DNA of 62,312 bases, the filler included, from Chthonomonadaceae bacterium (GTDB lineage: Bacteria > Armatimonadota > Chthonomonadetes > Chthonomonadales > Chthonomonadaceae), in NCBI GenBank assembly GCA_035650735.1. It is 3 parts of 3 records of this genome, joined end to end, with 100 filler letters (N's around TTAATTAATTAA, not from the genome) between each part and the next. Parts side by side here need not be neighbours in the genome. Positions count along the whole stretch, not along the records: positions 33,103 to 62,312 come from DASRGZ010000197.1; 2 more parts are not named here. One strand, given 5' to 3'. Positions 48,155 through 60,991 of this stretch are shown piece by piece. A program made the position numbers and the translations under genes. Positions within the stretch are counted from its first letter, which is position 1. The number at the start of each line of letters is the position of its first letter. The notes beneath the pieces are model-generated. The model had not been told where the DNA came from. It saw nothing but the letters and a program-made list of their open reading frames with translations, and made no database searches.

Positions 48155-49387
48155 TTAGAACGTATCCTGCTGTGGTGAGCGCCTGCCCCTTTTTAGCTGT
48201 ATCAGCGTCAGGAACTCCAGCAGGTTCTCCTGGGTGAGCATGCCGATGAGCCGGGCGTTCTCACGCGAATCGCCCTCCATCACCAGGATGGGGCCGGCCA
48301 CCTGCGTCTGCGCCAGCACCGTCTCCAGATCGTCCTCCGGCTGGGCCCAGGCGAAATCCCGTTCCATCGCCCCGGCAACATAAGCCTCCGGTCCCTCGGC
48401 AGCCAGACCGCGTATCAGTGCCGCGCGGGAGAGCACGCCGACCACTTCGCCGCCATGCACGACCGGGAAGTCCTGCTGGCTGCCCGCCAGCAACACCTCC
48501 GCCGCCTCATTGAGCGTATTGCCCACCGAGAGCGTGTGGAACTCGCGCAGCATCGCCTCCCGCACCCGATGGCCCATCATCAGCGCTTTGGTCTGGAACG
48601 CCATCGCCTCCTGCCCGGCTCCCAGATAGACAAAGACAGCGATAAAGATCAGGATGAGATTCCCCTGGTAAAGCCCGTACAGGCCGAGCAGGATCGCCAG
48701 GAACTGCCCGACACGCGCCGCAATGGCCGTCGCCTGCACATCATCAGAAGTGAAACGCGCGATCAGGGCGCGCAGCACCCGCCCGCCATCCATCAGAAAG
48801 GCGGGCAACATATTGAAGACGGCCAGCGTCAGGTTGGCCCACATCAGGTTGGCTGCCATGCTCGTCGGCGGGCCGGTAGGCCGGAACGAACCGACTGGTT
48901 GGTGAGCTAGACGCAGCGCGACATACAGCAGGCCCGCAATCACCAGGTTGACGGCGGGACCGGCCAGCGCTATCCAGAGTTCCTGACGCGGGCGCGGCAT
49001 TGTCTCCAGGCTGGCGACTCCGCCGATGGGATAGAGCACGATATCGCGTGTGCGAATGCCGTAACGCCTGGCGGTGAGCGCGTGTCCCAGCTCATGGAGC
49101 ACCACGCAGGCGAACAATCCCAGGACGAACAGCAGGCCCGTCCAGGGCTGAACCAGGGCTGGCTCGCCGGATTCCGGTTTATGCCCCAGACTGATGAAGG
49201 CAAACCAGGCCAGCAGCAGCAGAAAGGTAAAATGCAGGCGAATGGGAATGCCTGCTACGGTGATCAGGTGAAAGGAGCCGCCACTATCACGGGGCGGCCC
49301 CGCCGCCGGACGCGGAGAGGCGTTTTCGTCCCGGTTGGGCCGTTCCGGCAACGGTTGGTTCTCTCTTTGCGGCAATTCAGTTGGCAT
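48155..49387 (-). CDS. Site-2 protease (M50) with tandem CBS domains
   Basis: HELGH, ALAGPAVN, FNMLPAFLMDGGR, CBS pair. Confidence 0.92.
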   Translation of the reverse strand: MPTELPQRENQPLPERPNRDENASPRPAAGPPRDSGGSFHLITVAGIPIRLHFTFLLLLAWFAFISLGHKPESGEPALVQPWTGLLFVLGLFACVVLHELGHALTARRYGIRTRDIVLYPIGGVASLETMPRPRQELWIALAGPAVNLVIAGLLYVALRLAHQPVGSFRPTGPPTSMAANLMWANLTLAVFNMLPAFLMDGGRVLRALIARFTSDDVQATAIAARVGQFLAILLGLYGLYQGNLILIFIAVFVYLGAGQEAMAFQTKALMMGHRVREAMLREFHTLSVGNTLNEAAEVLLAGSQQDFPVVHGGEVVGVLSRAALIRGLAAEGPEAYVAGAMERDFAWAQPEDDLETVLAQTQVAGPILVMEGDSRENARLIGMLTQENLLEFLTLIQLKRGRRSPQQDTF

Positions 49388-49547
49388 AGCGCCTCCAGAC
49401 ATTTAGCAAAAAACTTGCCTACTGGTTAATATACCGTCACGGCGCAGCCTTTTGTCCCCGCAGGCCGGGGACGAGGCTGTGAATTGCGTCACTGCTAGAG
49501 GATGATTAATCTTTTGCTACCGCAGGCCGGTTAAGGTAGATAGCTTG

Positions 49548-50663
49548 TCAGGAGATCAGCTCTTCGGCAGGCGTATAGGGATAGCCGTATTGCTCGGCAA
49601 TGGCGGCCAGAGTCACCTTGCCCTCGGCAATGTTAAGGCCCAGCATCAGCGCGCGGTTCTCGCGCAGGGCGGTCTTCCAGCCTTGATTGGCGAGCTGGCG
49701 GGCGTAGGCCAGCGTCTCATTGGTCAGCGCGTAGGTGGAGGTGCCAGCGACGGCGCCGGGCATGTTGGCCACGCAGTAGTGGACGACGCCCTCGACGATG
49801 TAGGTGGGATGGCTGTGCGTGGTCGGATGCGTCGTCTCGAAGCAGCCCCCCTGATCCACGGCCACATCTACCACGACCGCGCCGCGTTTCATCGTCTTGA
49901 TCATCTCGCGGCTGACCAGCACCGGAGCCTTCGCGCCCCGTCGCAGCACGCCTCCGATGACCAGGTCGGCGTCGGGAAGCAGGCGGCGGATGTTGGCGCG
50001 GTTGGAGAAGATAGTCGTGACGTTGGGTGGCATGATGTCATCCAGATATCGCAGGCGCTCCAGGTTGATGTCGAGGATAAAGACGTTGGCACCGAAGCCG
50101 GCAGCGATCTTGGCCGCGTTGGCACCCACCACGCCCCCGCCCAGAATAACGACGTTGGCCGGAGGAACGCCCGGCACGCCCGCCAGCAGGATGCCGCGCC
50201 CTTCCATCGGGCGCTCCAGGTATTTTGCGCCCTCCTGCACGGCCATGCGGCCCGCCACCTCGCTCATCGGCGTCAGCAGGGGCAGCGTGCCGTCGGGAAG
50301 CTGGATGGTTTCGTAGGCGATGCAGACGACGCCCCTATCCACCATTGCCCGCGTCAGCTCCTCGTCGGCGGCGAAATGGAAGTAGGTGAAGACGGCCTGA
50401 CCCTTGCGCAGCAGGCCGTACTCCGATGGCAGCGGCTCCTTCACCTTCAGGATCAACTCCGCCCGCGCAAAGATGGCTTCATGATCGGCAACGATCTCGG
50501 CCCCAGCCTCTCGGTACTCGGCATCCTCGATGCCCGTGCCCAGTCCCGCCCCGGCCTCGACCAGCACGGTATGTCCGGCTTCAACCAGCGCTTCGGCACC
50601 GGCGGGCACGAGCGCGACGCGGTACTCATTATCTTTGATCTCTTTTGGCACTCCGACGATCAT
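49548..50663 (-). CDS. ald: Alanine dehydrogenase
   Basis: GVPKEIKDNEYRVAL, PMSEVAGR, GGGVVG, DVAVDQGGC, YCVANMPGAV. Confidence 0.96.
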   Translation of the reverse strand: MIVGVPKEIKDNEYRVALVPAGAEALVEAGHTVLVEAGAGLGTGIEDAEYREAGAEIVADHEAIFARAELILKVKEPLPSEYGLLRKGQAVFTYFHFAADEELTRAMVDRGVVCIAYETIQLPDGTLPLLTPMSEVAGRMAVQEGAKYLERPMEGRGILLAGVPGVPPANVVILGGGVVGANAAKIAAGFGANVFILDINLERLRYLDDIMPPNVTTIFSNRANIRRLLPDADLVIGGVLRRGAKAPVLVSREMIKTMKRGAVVVDVAVDQGGCFETTHPTTHSHPTYIVEGVVHYCVANMPGAVAGTSTYALTNETLAYARQLANQGWKTALRENRALMLGLNIAEGKVTLAAIAEQYGYPYTPAEELIS

Positions 50664-51021
50664 AGCTGGCTCTTTCTCCTTATTTCTGGCCGCTCCGCTC
50701 CCAAGGCACAGCTTTTGCCTCTATCGCTCAGTATACCGCAAAAGGGAAAAGCGGCTTTCTCGTTGCCTATCGGCAGCGCCTCCTGACTTTAACTACGCAG
50801 AAGGAACAGGTTTTGTGCGTTAGGCAGAAAGCTACCGGGCAAATACGAAAGTTAGGAAAGCGTCGGAGTGGGATAGCCTGCTGGCTCAGAGCGGATTGAG
50901 AGCGCGAGGTAACAAACGTTTTGCTTCCGGGAACCTTAGAAAAGACACCCGAACTGGCCTCAGGAGCCGATAGACAAAAACGGGTGATCAGCGCGCGGGA
51001 GCGGCCCGCCGCACGGCTGGC

Positions 51022-51240
51022 CTTTATAGATGGGTTGCTCTGAACCAATACCTGAGTGCGCCGCAGCGCCTCTATTTCGGTCTGTTCCCCGTACTGGCCG
51101 TCGCTATCGCCTTCAGCTACGGATTCTATCGTCTCTTCGAGAAGCCCGCGTTGGACTACTTCGCCCGCAGACGCCTCGCTGTCCCTGCCGCTCCTGCGCG
51201 GCATTTTCCCGCTCAGGCCGTCACCGAAACGAAAGCCTAA
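51022..51240 (+). pseudogene. C-terminal fragment of a membrane acyltransferase-3 (OafA-like) gene
   Basis: ..LAVAIAFSYGFYRLFEKPAL..*; in-frame stop at 50971 and no start codon before the motif. Confidence 0.5.
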
Positions 51241-51242
51241 CG

Positions 51243-51271
51243 AAAAAGGCGGCAGGGGAAACCCTGCCGCC
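51243..51271 (-). terminator. Rho-independent terminator after glnK
   Basis: GGCGGCAGGG-GAAA-CCCTGCCGCC with A5 on the + strand. Confidence 0.8.
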
Positions 51272-51307
51272 ATACAACGCCATACGCCCACCGACTGTCA
51301 GAGACTG

Positions 51308-53531
<2,224 letters not shown>

Positions 53532-53637
53532 GATACTCTTCCTCCTTAGCAAGGTTGCAGATGAGATAAGTCGGCGACACCTCGCTTGAGATGGGGCCAC
53601 ACAGCCGGGGTGTCTGCCGAAGTTTAGGTATGGGCAT

Positions 53638-55035
53638 TTAAAACTTATAGACTTCACCCAGGTAGATCGTATCCTGATCGGGCGTGATGTCGCCGGTATC
53701 GGCGCCGAAGAAGGCTGTGCTGGAGTGATCATGGCGATACTCCAGGCGTGAAATCAGATGGCCGCGCAGCGCGGCATATTCCAGGGTCAGCGTTGCCTCC
53801 CGCAGCCGCACGTAGCCCCCGCCTAGCCGCAGGCCGACGCCGCCAACGCCCGGAATATCCTCGAATTGCTCGGCGCGCAGGGCCACGGCCCATTGGGGAG
53901 TGACCTGATAGCGCGCGTAGCCTGCGAAGCCTATCCAGTTACCGGAAAGATGCACGCCGTTGACGTCCCCGGCGGCGCTGGCGTAATCCACCCAGGCAGC
54001 CAGCTTGAGCTTATCGCTTGCCTGGTAGATAGCCTGGCCTTCAAACAGGTTGGTCGTGATGTTGCCGGCTCCGCCTGTCGGCACGCCGGAACCATAGGCT
54101 CCTGTACCTTCCGAGCCACCCATCCAGCCCAGGATGCCGGTCCACCTGGCGTTGGGCTTCCAGGTAAACTGCGCGATGACGCTCTTGGCGTCGTTGTCGT
54201 CGGCGATGTTGTTCCAGCCGTTGACGACATATCCGGCGAAGGTAAGCTGATTGGTAAGTGGCGCGGTCAGGCGCACGCCTAGATGATAGAGCGGAATAGC
54301 GTACTGGAACAGGAAGCCGCGCGAGTAGTTATCGTTGCTGCTGCTCTCGATGACCTCGACGCCGAAGGGCGTGACGAAGATACCGCCATCCACGCTCATA
54401 TCGCGTCCCCAGGCGCGGAAGGGATAGGTGAGATAGAGCTGCTGGACCGTCTGCCAGCTGCTAGTGCCGCCCGGCTCGGTGGCGTGGACGATGCGGGCGG
54501 TATCGCCGAAGGTGAGCGTGGCCGTCACGCCGAGCGGGAAGCCCCGGCCCGGCGTGCGGGTGATGTTGACTTCGCCGAGGCTGAAACTAGGCTCCCGGTC
54601 GTTGATGTCGAAGGAGCGCCCGACGTTGTCCACGCCGATGGTCTCGCCGCTGGGCGTGACGATGGTAGCGAAGGGGCCGCCCGTAGCCGAGCGGGGCGCG
54701 CGGGCGTTGATGCCGTAGTAGACATCCACCAAGCCGGAGATGGTGACGGTTCCGAGGGCTGGACCGGCAGGCGCTGCTGCCGCCGACTGCTGGGCCTCGG
54801 CGGGCTTGGTATCGCCGGATTGCGCGCCCGCTGGTTTGGTATCCGCGGGCTTGGTGTCGGCAGGCTTTGTATCCGCCGGTTTCGTGTCGGCGGATGGTTT
54901 CTGATCCTGGGCGCGGACGCTGGGATCCACCAGGCCCAGTATGGCGCACGCTAGCAGGAAAAGCCAGGACAGGCGCGCACGGCGATTGCCAGAGCGAGCG
55001 CATGCGCGATGGGTAGAGAGCATAAAGCAATGCAC
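53638..55035 (-). CDS. Outer-membrane beta-barrel porin (DUF1597/BBP2-like)
   Basis: Signal peptide, KPADT repeats, SGLVDVYY, G.FVTPFGVEVIES..N.NYSR, RLEYRHD, C-terminal YKF. Confidence 0.8.
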   Translation of the reverse strand: MHCFMLSTHRACARSGNRRARLSWLFLLACAILGLVDPSVRAQDQKPSADTKPADTKPADTKPADTKPAGAQSGDTKPAEAQQSAAAAPAGPALGTVTISGLVDVYYGINARAPRSATGGPFATIVTPSGETIGVDNVGRSFDINDREPSFSLGEVNITRTPGRGFPLGVTATLTFGDTARIVHATEPGGTSSWQTVQQLYLTYPFRAWGRDMSVDGGIFVTPFGVEVIESSSNDNYSRGFLFQYAIPLYHLGVRLTAPLTNQLTFAGYVVNGWNNIADDNDAKSVIAQFTWKPNARWTGILGWMGGSEGTGAYGSGVPTGGAGNITTNLFEGQAIYQASDKLKLAAWVDYASAAGDVNGVHLSGNWIGFAGYARYQVTPQWAVALRAEQFEDIPGVGGVGLRLGGGYVRLREATLTLEYAALRGHLISRLEYRHDHSSTAFFGADTGDITPDQDTIYLGEVYKF

Positions 55036-55352
55036 GGACCGTTATCCTCCTGTTATGGCAGTAATGGAGATGGCGTTCGGCCGATGGTGGCCGGATGCAG
55101 CGAAAGCGCGCAGGTGGGCGCTTCCGGAGAGTGACGAGAGGCGATTGGGGCAATGGCTTGCGCCATTTGCCAGGGCAATGCGGAATCAGACAGGAGCAGG
55201 AGATAGTGTGCCATTCGGCGGCAGCGCGATGGGGAAATAGGGGAGCGCTGTGCCGGGGGAGACAGGCAACGGCACCGTTGCGAGAGGCTCTATGCGGTTG
55301 AGCGGCTTGCAGACCACGGCTGCGTCGTCTGCAAGCACAATATGGACTCCGG

Positions 55353-55413
55353 CCCTCACTCCCAGCAGCCCTCACCCCCAACCCCTCTCCCACGCTGCGG
55401 GAGAGGGGAGAGG
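55353..55413. repeat. REP-like family A hairpin
   Basis: CCCTCACCCCCAACCCCTCTCCCACGCTGCGGGAGAGGGG. Confidence 0.85.
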
Positions 55414-55507
55414 AGAAGCCGGGGTGTTCTGCCTGCGTAGGCAGGCAGCAGGCCGTAGGCCCCACAGCGGCAGGGTTTAGCCTATTGTGAGAGGTAAAAG
55501 CAGCGCG

Positions 55508-56122
55508 CTACGCCAGGCGAGGACGGCGCGGCGCAGGCACGACAGCGGCCATATCTTCGGTGAGCAGGATGGCTTCGGCAATCTCGCGCAGGGAGCGATT
55601 GGTAGCCAGCGCCTGCGCATGCAGGCGGCGATAGGCTTCCTGATCGCTAATCCCATGCCGATCCATCAGAATGCGCTTGGCCCGCCCGATCAGGCGGTTG
55701 GTTTCCATCTGCTCTTGGGCGGTATCCAGCGCGCCCTCCAGGGCCAGCATTTCCCGGTAACGTGCCATCGCAATCTCGATAGCCGGCTGCAACTCCTGCT
55801 GCCGGAACGGCTTGACGAGGTAGGCCAGCACGCCGGCGCGGTTGGCTTGCTCGATCATCGGCACGTCGCTATAGGCCGTCAACAGCATCACCGCACCCAG
55901 GCGCTCCCGGCTGATGATCTCGGCGGCTTGCAGGCCGTTTTGCCGGGGCATCATAATATCCAGGATGATCAGATCCGGGCGCAGGTTGCGGGCCAGATAG
56001 CAGGCGGCCTCGCCGTTATCGGCCTCCCCCACGACGCTGTGGCCCAGACATTCCAACATCGAACGTAAATCCAGACGAAGCACGGCGTCATCGTCGGCGA
56101 TAAGGATTCTTCCTTGCTGCAT
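55508..56122 (-). CDS. Response regulator with ANTAR RNA-binding domain (NasT/EutV/PdtaR-like)
   Basis: Receiver ADDD/LDIMMP/LTAY/YLVKP plus IGRAKRILM..GISDQEAYRRL. Confidence 0.92.
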   Translation of the reverse strand: MQQGRILIADDDAVLRLDLRSMLECLGHSVVGEADNGEAACYLARNLRPDLIILDIMMPRQNGLQAAEIISRERLGAVMLLTAYSDVPMIEQANRAGVLAYLVKPFRQQELQPAIEIAMARYREMLALEGALDTAQEQMETNRLIGRAKRILMDRHGISDQEAYRRLHAQALATNRSLREIAEAILLTEDMAAVVPAPRRPRLA

Positions 56123-56727
56123 ATTGGCTATTTCCCGTTATCTACCTGCATCTGGCTTGAGAGCGCAGGCATAGAAAAACGGATGGGCGACGCGCTGACC
56201 AGGGGCCTATCCGCATACGCTCATCCGACTCGAGTGCGTTTGCTCATGAGGTTGATGGCGGGCAGATCGTACGTCCATCCAACGTAAAGAACGCAAACCC
56301 AGGATGGGCGTGACGAAGACAGGCTGGCGCGCGCCTGCTCAGGCGTCCGACAGGGCCGGATACGCCTTTCAGCGAAGCGCTGCAAACGTCGCCGTTTGCG
56401 ATGTCGTTCCCTTCTCCCACCATTGGGGATTATAGCGTGGATTATAGCAGAAAAGAGGCCAATCGTCAAGCAGGCAGGAGAAGGAAATTTACAAATGATG
56501 TGCCAGAGGCGCCGCCAGCCAGCGCAAACCGGCAGGATAGCGAGGCAGTCGGGTCCTTTAGGGCCGGACTGCGGACGGAAAGCCCCGTGATGAACCTTGA
56601 CAAATAAATCCGGTAATCGCAGGGCGGCTAGGTCCTTAGGTGTATGGCCCTACGAACCAGGGATTACCCGATGAAAAGGTCAAGGTTCATCACGGGGCTG
56701 CGCAAGGTAGATCGATTCCTAGCCAGA

Positions 56728-58194
56728 CTACGAGAACAGGCCCGCGATGACCTTGCCCTTGACCAGCTCGCGCGGCTGGTTGAGGTGGTTATAGATGATG
56801 GTATCCGGCGAGATGCCCAGCGTGTGGTAGATGGTCGCCAGAATATCGGTCGGATGGACGGGATTCTCCACCGGCGAGGAGCCGGTTGCGTCGGACTTGC
56901 CGTAGATGCGTCCGCCGGGAATGCCGCCGCCCGCGATCAGCCCTGTGTAGCAGTAGGGCCAGTGGTCGCGCCCGTCCGGGGCATTGCCGTTGCCGGAAGT
57001 GCTGACGCCCAGGCGCGGGGAGCGTCCGAACTCGCCGATGGCCAGCACCAGCGTGTCCTTTAGCATACCGCGCTGATGCAGGTCTTCCAGCAGGGCCGAG
57101 AGCGCGCTGTCGAGCTTGGGACAATGAAGGTTCTTCAGCGGGCCGAAGTTGGCCGCGTGGGTGTCCCAGGCGGTCTTGGTCGGATCGCCGTTGGCGACGG
57201 AAGGCCAGTTGACCTGGACAAAGCGCGTGCCTGCCTCGATGAGACGGCGAGCTAGCAGCGCCGCCTGCCCGAAGGTATGGCGTCCATAGCGGTCACGCAC
57301 CTTGGCTGGCTCCTCATTCAGGTCGAGCGCCTTGCGCACCCTGCCAGAGAGAATCAGCCCCAGCGCCTTCTCATAATACTCATCCAGGGCGTAGTTGCTG
57401 ATCGCCTTCTCCAGTTCCGGCATACCGTCATCAATCACCTTGCGCAGGTTGGCGCGGCGCTCCAGGCGGGCCTTAGAAATCTCGGCGCGCAGGGTGAAGT
57501 CGTCCAGCTTGATATGATCCATCTTCGTTTGATCCATATCGTCGCCGGGCGGGTAGAGATAATAAGGATCGTAGGCTTTGCCCAGGAAGCCCGCCGTTCC
57601 CGCCTTGCCGATGACGTTGCTCTCTTGCAGCGGGCGCGGCAGCATCACAAAGGGCAGCATCGGCACGTCCGGCGGGCGGAACTTGGCGATATGGCAGCCC
57701 AGGTTCGGGTAGTCTGCCGGGGAAGGCGGCTCCAACTGGCCCGAGGGGGAGACGCGGTCGGCCTGCTCGCCGGTGAGCATCTGGTACATCGCGGCGGTAT
57801 GGTTGAAGAGGCCGTTGGGCGTATAGGAGACGGAGCGAATGAGCGTGGCCTTGTCCATCTGCTGAGCCAGCAGCGGCATGACCTCGGAGAGCCAGATGCC
57901 CGGCACGTTCGTCTTGATGGGTTTGAACTCGCCGCGCACGTTGGCCGGGGCATCGGGCTTGGGGTCCCAGATGTCAATATGGCTCGGCCCGCCCTGCAGG
58001 TAGAGCAGAATGACGGATTTGGCCCCGCCGAAGCCGCCTTTGCCGCTAGGCTTGGGACCGCCCGCCGCCTGCGCCTCCAGCGCCAGGAACCCGGGCAGGC
58101 TCAGGCCCAGCATCGCCGCGCCCCCAATGCGGATAAACTCACGGCGGCTCAGGCTATCGCAAAAACGACCTTGTTGACCGGGAATAGATAGCAT
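56728..58194 (-). CDS. DUF1501 family protein with Tat-like leader
   Basis: SRREFIRIG, LQGGPSHIDIWDPKP, LLARRLIEAG, WDTH, GEFGRSP, GRDHW. Confidence 0.9.
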   Translation of the reverse strand: MLSIPGQQGRFCDSLSRREFIRIGGAAMLGLSLPGFLALEAQAAGGPKPSGKGGFGGAKSVILLYLQGGPSHIDIWDPKPDAPANVRGEFKPIKTNVPGIWLSEVMPLLAQQMDKATLIRSVSYTPNGLFNHTAAMYQMLTGEQADRVSPSGQLEPPSPADYPNLGCHIAKFRPPDVPMLPFVMLPRPLQESNVIGKAGTAGFLGKAYDPYYLYPPGDDMDQTKMDHIKLDDFTLRAEISKARLERRANLRKVIDDGMPELEKAISNYALDEYYEKALGLILSGRVRKALDLNEEPAKVRDRYGRHTFGQAALLARRLIEAGTRFVQVNWPSVANGDPTKTAWDTHAANFGPLKNLHCPKLDSALSALLEDLHQRGMLKDTLVLAIGEFGRSPRLGVSTSGNGNAPDGRDHWPYCYTGLIAGGGIPGGRIYGKSDATGSSPVENPVHPTDILATIYHTLGISPDTIIYNHLNQPRELVKGKVIAGLFS

Positions 58195-58205
58195 GATCTC
58201 TCTCC

Positions 58206-60692
58206 TCAGCGGTTGAACAGGAAGGCCGGGCTGTTGATCAGCGCCCACATCAGGTCTTGCGCGCCGTCCGCGCGGCTTCCGGCCTGCTTGATGGTCTGCA
58301 GCGCCGTGTTCATCTCGCGGGCGGTAGGCAGCCGCGACAGCGCCGCCAGGAATATCTCTTCAACCAGCTTCGAATCGCTGGGAACGGTTTTGACCAGTTG
58401 CGCGACGCGGCCCTCCGGGCTGTGGATAGCGTCGGTGACCGTCGGGCCGTTGATGAGGTTGAGCGCCTGTCCCAGGCTCACCGCGCTGGAGCGCTCGCAC
58501 TCGCAGGGCGTCTCGCGCGCCGGCCTGCCGAACAGATCCAGGAAGCCCTCCCCGCCGGAGACGGCATCCGGCAACTGCGCGGCGCGAGCGCCCGAAGGCA
58601 GTCCCTCAAATTTGGAGCGCGTACCGGTCGCCAGGTTGATCGCATCCAGAAGCTGCTCGGCCTCCAAGCGGCGCGGGATGAAGTGCGAGAAGTTGGCCTT
58701 ATCGTCCTCGTTCCACTTATTGGTTTTGATGCTCGACTGATAGGCCCGCGAGAGGACGATGACCCGCATCATGTGCCGCAGGTCGAAGCCGTGGCTGACA
58801 AAATCCTGATTGAGCGCCTCCAGCAATTCGGGGTTGCTGGGCGGATTGCTGGCGCGAATATCGTCCACCGGGTCAATGATGCCCCGGCCCAGGAAGTAGC
58901 TCCAGAGGCGGTTGACCATCGCCCGCGAGAAGTAGGGATTATCCGGGGCGGTCAGCCATTGGGCAAAGGCGGCGCGGCGGTCGGCAAGGCTGGCGGTGCG
59001 CGCCAGATGGCCTACCGGCACCTGCGGAGCCACCACTTTGCCGGTGCGCGGGTGGGTGACTTCCCCCTCGCCCTTGTTGAAGACGACCTCATCGCCCTGC
59101 GCGTCGCCGGACTTGTAGCCGACTTGGGCGAAGAAGGCGCCGAGTTGATAATACTGGTTCTGCGTCCACCGCTCAAACGGATGGTCGTGGCATTTGGCGC
59201 AGGAGAAGCGCACGCCCAGGAAAAGCTGGGTGATGCTCTCGGTCGCGGTGGAGGTATCGTGGACGACCCGCAGGTAGTTGGCCGCCGGGTTCTCGTAGGC
59301 GTCGCCGGTGGCTGTCAGCATCTCGCGCACGAAGCGATCATAGGGCTTATTGGCGGCAACGGAGGAGCGAATCCAGGCACGGAACTTGCGCACGCCGCTC
59401 TCGCCCAGGTATTTGCTGTTGGCGTCGAGCAGGTCGGCCCACTTGTTCGTCCAGCGCTCCACGAACTCGGGCGAACCGATGAGTTTGTCCACCAGCTTCG
59501 CGCGCTTCTGCTGCGTGGGCGTGCGGTCGGCGAGGAAGGCGCGCACCTGTTCCGGCGTGGGCGGCAGGCCCGTCAAATCAATCGAGACACGGCGCAGGTA
59601 GGTGGCGTCGTCGCAGAGGCCGGCGGGCAACGCCCGGATTTTCTGGAGCTTCTTATCTACCAGCGCGTCAATGTAGTTGAAGTCCGGGGCTTTGACCCAC
59701 TTGTAGCCCGTGCGGTCGCCGAGGACGGTGATGCCGTTGGTCGCGTAGGTGCCCTCATAGCGGACGAGCAGGGCGGCCTCGCCCCGGCGCGCGGCGGTGA
59801 TGGTGCCGTCCGGGGCGACGGCGGCGACCTCTGGCAGGCTGCTGGTCAGGACGGCCTCGCGGGTGACGTCGCGGGTCGTGCCATCGGGATAGTGGGCGAT
59901 GACCAGGGTTTTCTGGGTCATGCCAGGCAGGGTCACGTGCGGCACGGCGGGCAGCACTTCCAGGCGGACAACGCGCTTGACCTTGGCAGTATCCGAGCGC
60001 ACGCCCTCCACGATCCAGCGCTTGAGGATGTTGTAGTAGGGCGAGCCGACGGTAAAGAGCACGCCGCCGCGATGCGGCACGGTGCCGGTCGGCTTGAGCA
60101 GCATAAGGCTCTGAGAGGCGTCGGCGCGATTAAAGCGGCGGCCCGAGACATCGGCGATCAGGGCGTGGTAATCGTAGTCGGGATCGTAGCCGCGCAGGGA
60201 GAGCTTAAACCCGTTTTTGCCTTTGGCCGAGCCGTGACAGGTGCCCGCGTTGCACCCGCTTTTGCTCAGGATGGGCATGACCTCGCGCACGAAGCTGATG
60301 GGCGGGTTGGCGACGCTCTTGACGGTGACGGGAACGGTGGCGCGCTGTCCCGCCGCCGTGACGATAAGAGAGGTCTTGCCGGCTTTCACGGGATAGATAT
60401 AGCCGTCTTTGCCGATGCGCACCATGCCGGACGCAGGCTGAATTTTGGCGCGGGGCGAGAGGTCTATATCGTAGCCCGCCTGCGTGTGCCCGGTGATGAT
60501 CACCGAGCGGGCGTCCCGCAGGTTATCGAGCGTGAGCGTGGCCGGCTGCACGGAAAGAGAGAGGACTTTCGGCAGCGGCGGCTTTTTGGGCGCGACCTCC
60601 TCGGCGCGGCTGGGCGCGCTTCCTGCCAGACAAGCGATCAGCGCTGCCAGCAGCGGCAGGGCAAGGCGTCGAAACGGAGCCGGTAAGTTCAT
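58206..60692 (-). CDS. DUF1549/DUF1553 domain protein with Ig-like domains and heme-like motifs
   Basis: GCNAGTCHG, YLRRVSIDLTG.PP, FLGVRFSCAKCHDHPF, VNRLW..FLGRGIIDPVDD, CECER. Confidence 0.9.
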   Translation of the reverse strand: MNLPAPFRRLALPLLAALIACLAGSAPSRAEEVAPKKPPLPKVLSLSVQPATLTLDNLRDARSVIITGHTQAGYDIDLSPRAKIQPASGMVRIGKDGYIYPVKAGKTSLIVTAAGQRATVPVTVKSVANPPISFVREVMPILSKSGCNAGTCHGSAKGKNGFKLSLRGYDPDYDYHALIADVSGRRFNRADASQSLMLLKPTGTVPHRGGVLFTVGSPYYNILKRWIVEGVRSDTAKVKRVVRLEVLPAVPHVTLPGMTQKTLVIAHYPDGTTRDVTREAVLTSSLPEVAAVAPDGTITAARRGEAALLVRYEGTYATNGITVLGDRTGYKWVKAPDFNYIDALVDKKLQKIRALPAGLCDDATYLRRVSIDLTGLPPTPEQVRAFLADRTPTQQKRAKLVDKLIGSPEFVERWTNKWADLLDANSKYLGESGVRKFRAWIRSSVAANKPYDRFVREMLTATGDAYENPAANYLRVVHDTSTATESITQLFLGVRFSCAKCHDHPFERWTQNQYYQLGAFFAQVGYKSGDAQGDEVVFNKGEGEVTHPRTGKVVAPQVPVGHLARTASLADRRAAFAQWLTAPDNPYFSRAMVNRLWSYFLGRGIIDPVDDIRASNPPSNPELLEALNQDFVSHGFDLRHMMRVIVLSRAYQSSIKTNKWNEDDKANFSHFIPRRLEAEQLLDAINLATGTRSKFEGLPSGARAAQLPDAVSGGEGFLDLFGRPARETPCECERSSAVSLGQALNLINGPTVTDAIHSPEGRVAQLVKTVPSDSKLVEEIFLAALSRLPTAREMNTALQTIKQAGSRADGAQDLMWALINSPAFLFNR

Positions 60693-60716
60693 GAGTGCGA
60701 TCCCTCTGCAAGATCT

Positions 60717-60850
60717 GCCGGGCACTAAAAGTACCGGGCTATAGGACGGTTACGCCGCCAAGCGTCCTGACGGACGCATCCGATAGCTGAGTTTCCGTCC
60801 GAAGGACGGCTGGCCGAAGGCCCTAGAGCCGGGTACTTTTAGTGCCCGGC
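60717..60850. repeat. REPIN-like family B element
   Basis: 19-bp perfect terminal IR GCCGGGCACTAAAAGTACC; internal CCGTCC-GAA-GGACGG hairpin. Confidence 0.8.
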
Positions 60851-60991
60851 TAGCTGTACCGTGGTGACGTATGAGCTTCACCAAGTTGGAGCAGCGTCGG
60901 AGCGAAAGGTTGCAAGTAATTTCGAGAGTTGTCTTACATTATGGCACAATTCATTCCATCGCGGCCAGACCTTATTGGCACGGAGTCGGGT

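Noticed and set aside
49545..50786. 413-aa ORF in another frame overlapping ald
   Set aside because: Shadow of ald with no recognisable domain.
54800..54900. 15-bp tandem repeats
   Set aside because: They encode the low-complexity KPADT linker of the porin; not an array.
58257..60686. 809-aa plus-strand ORF
   Set aside because: Antisense shadow of the DUF1549/DUF1553 gene.
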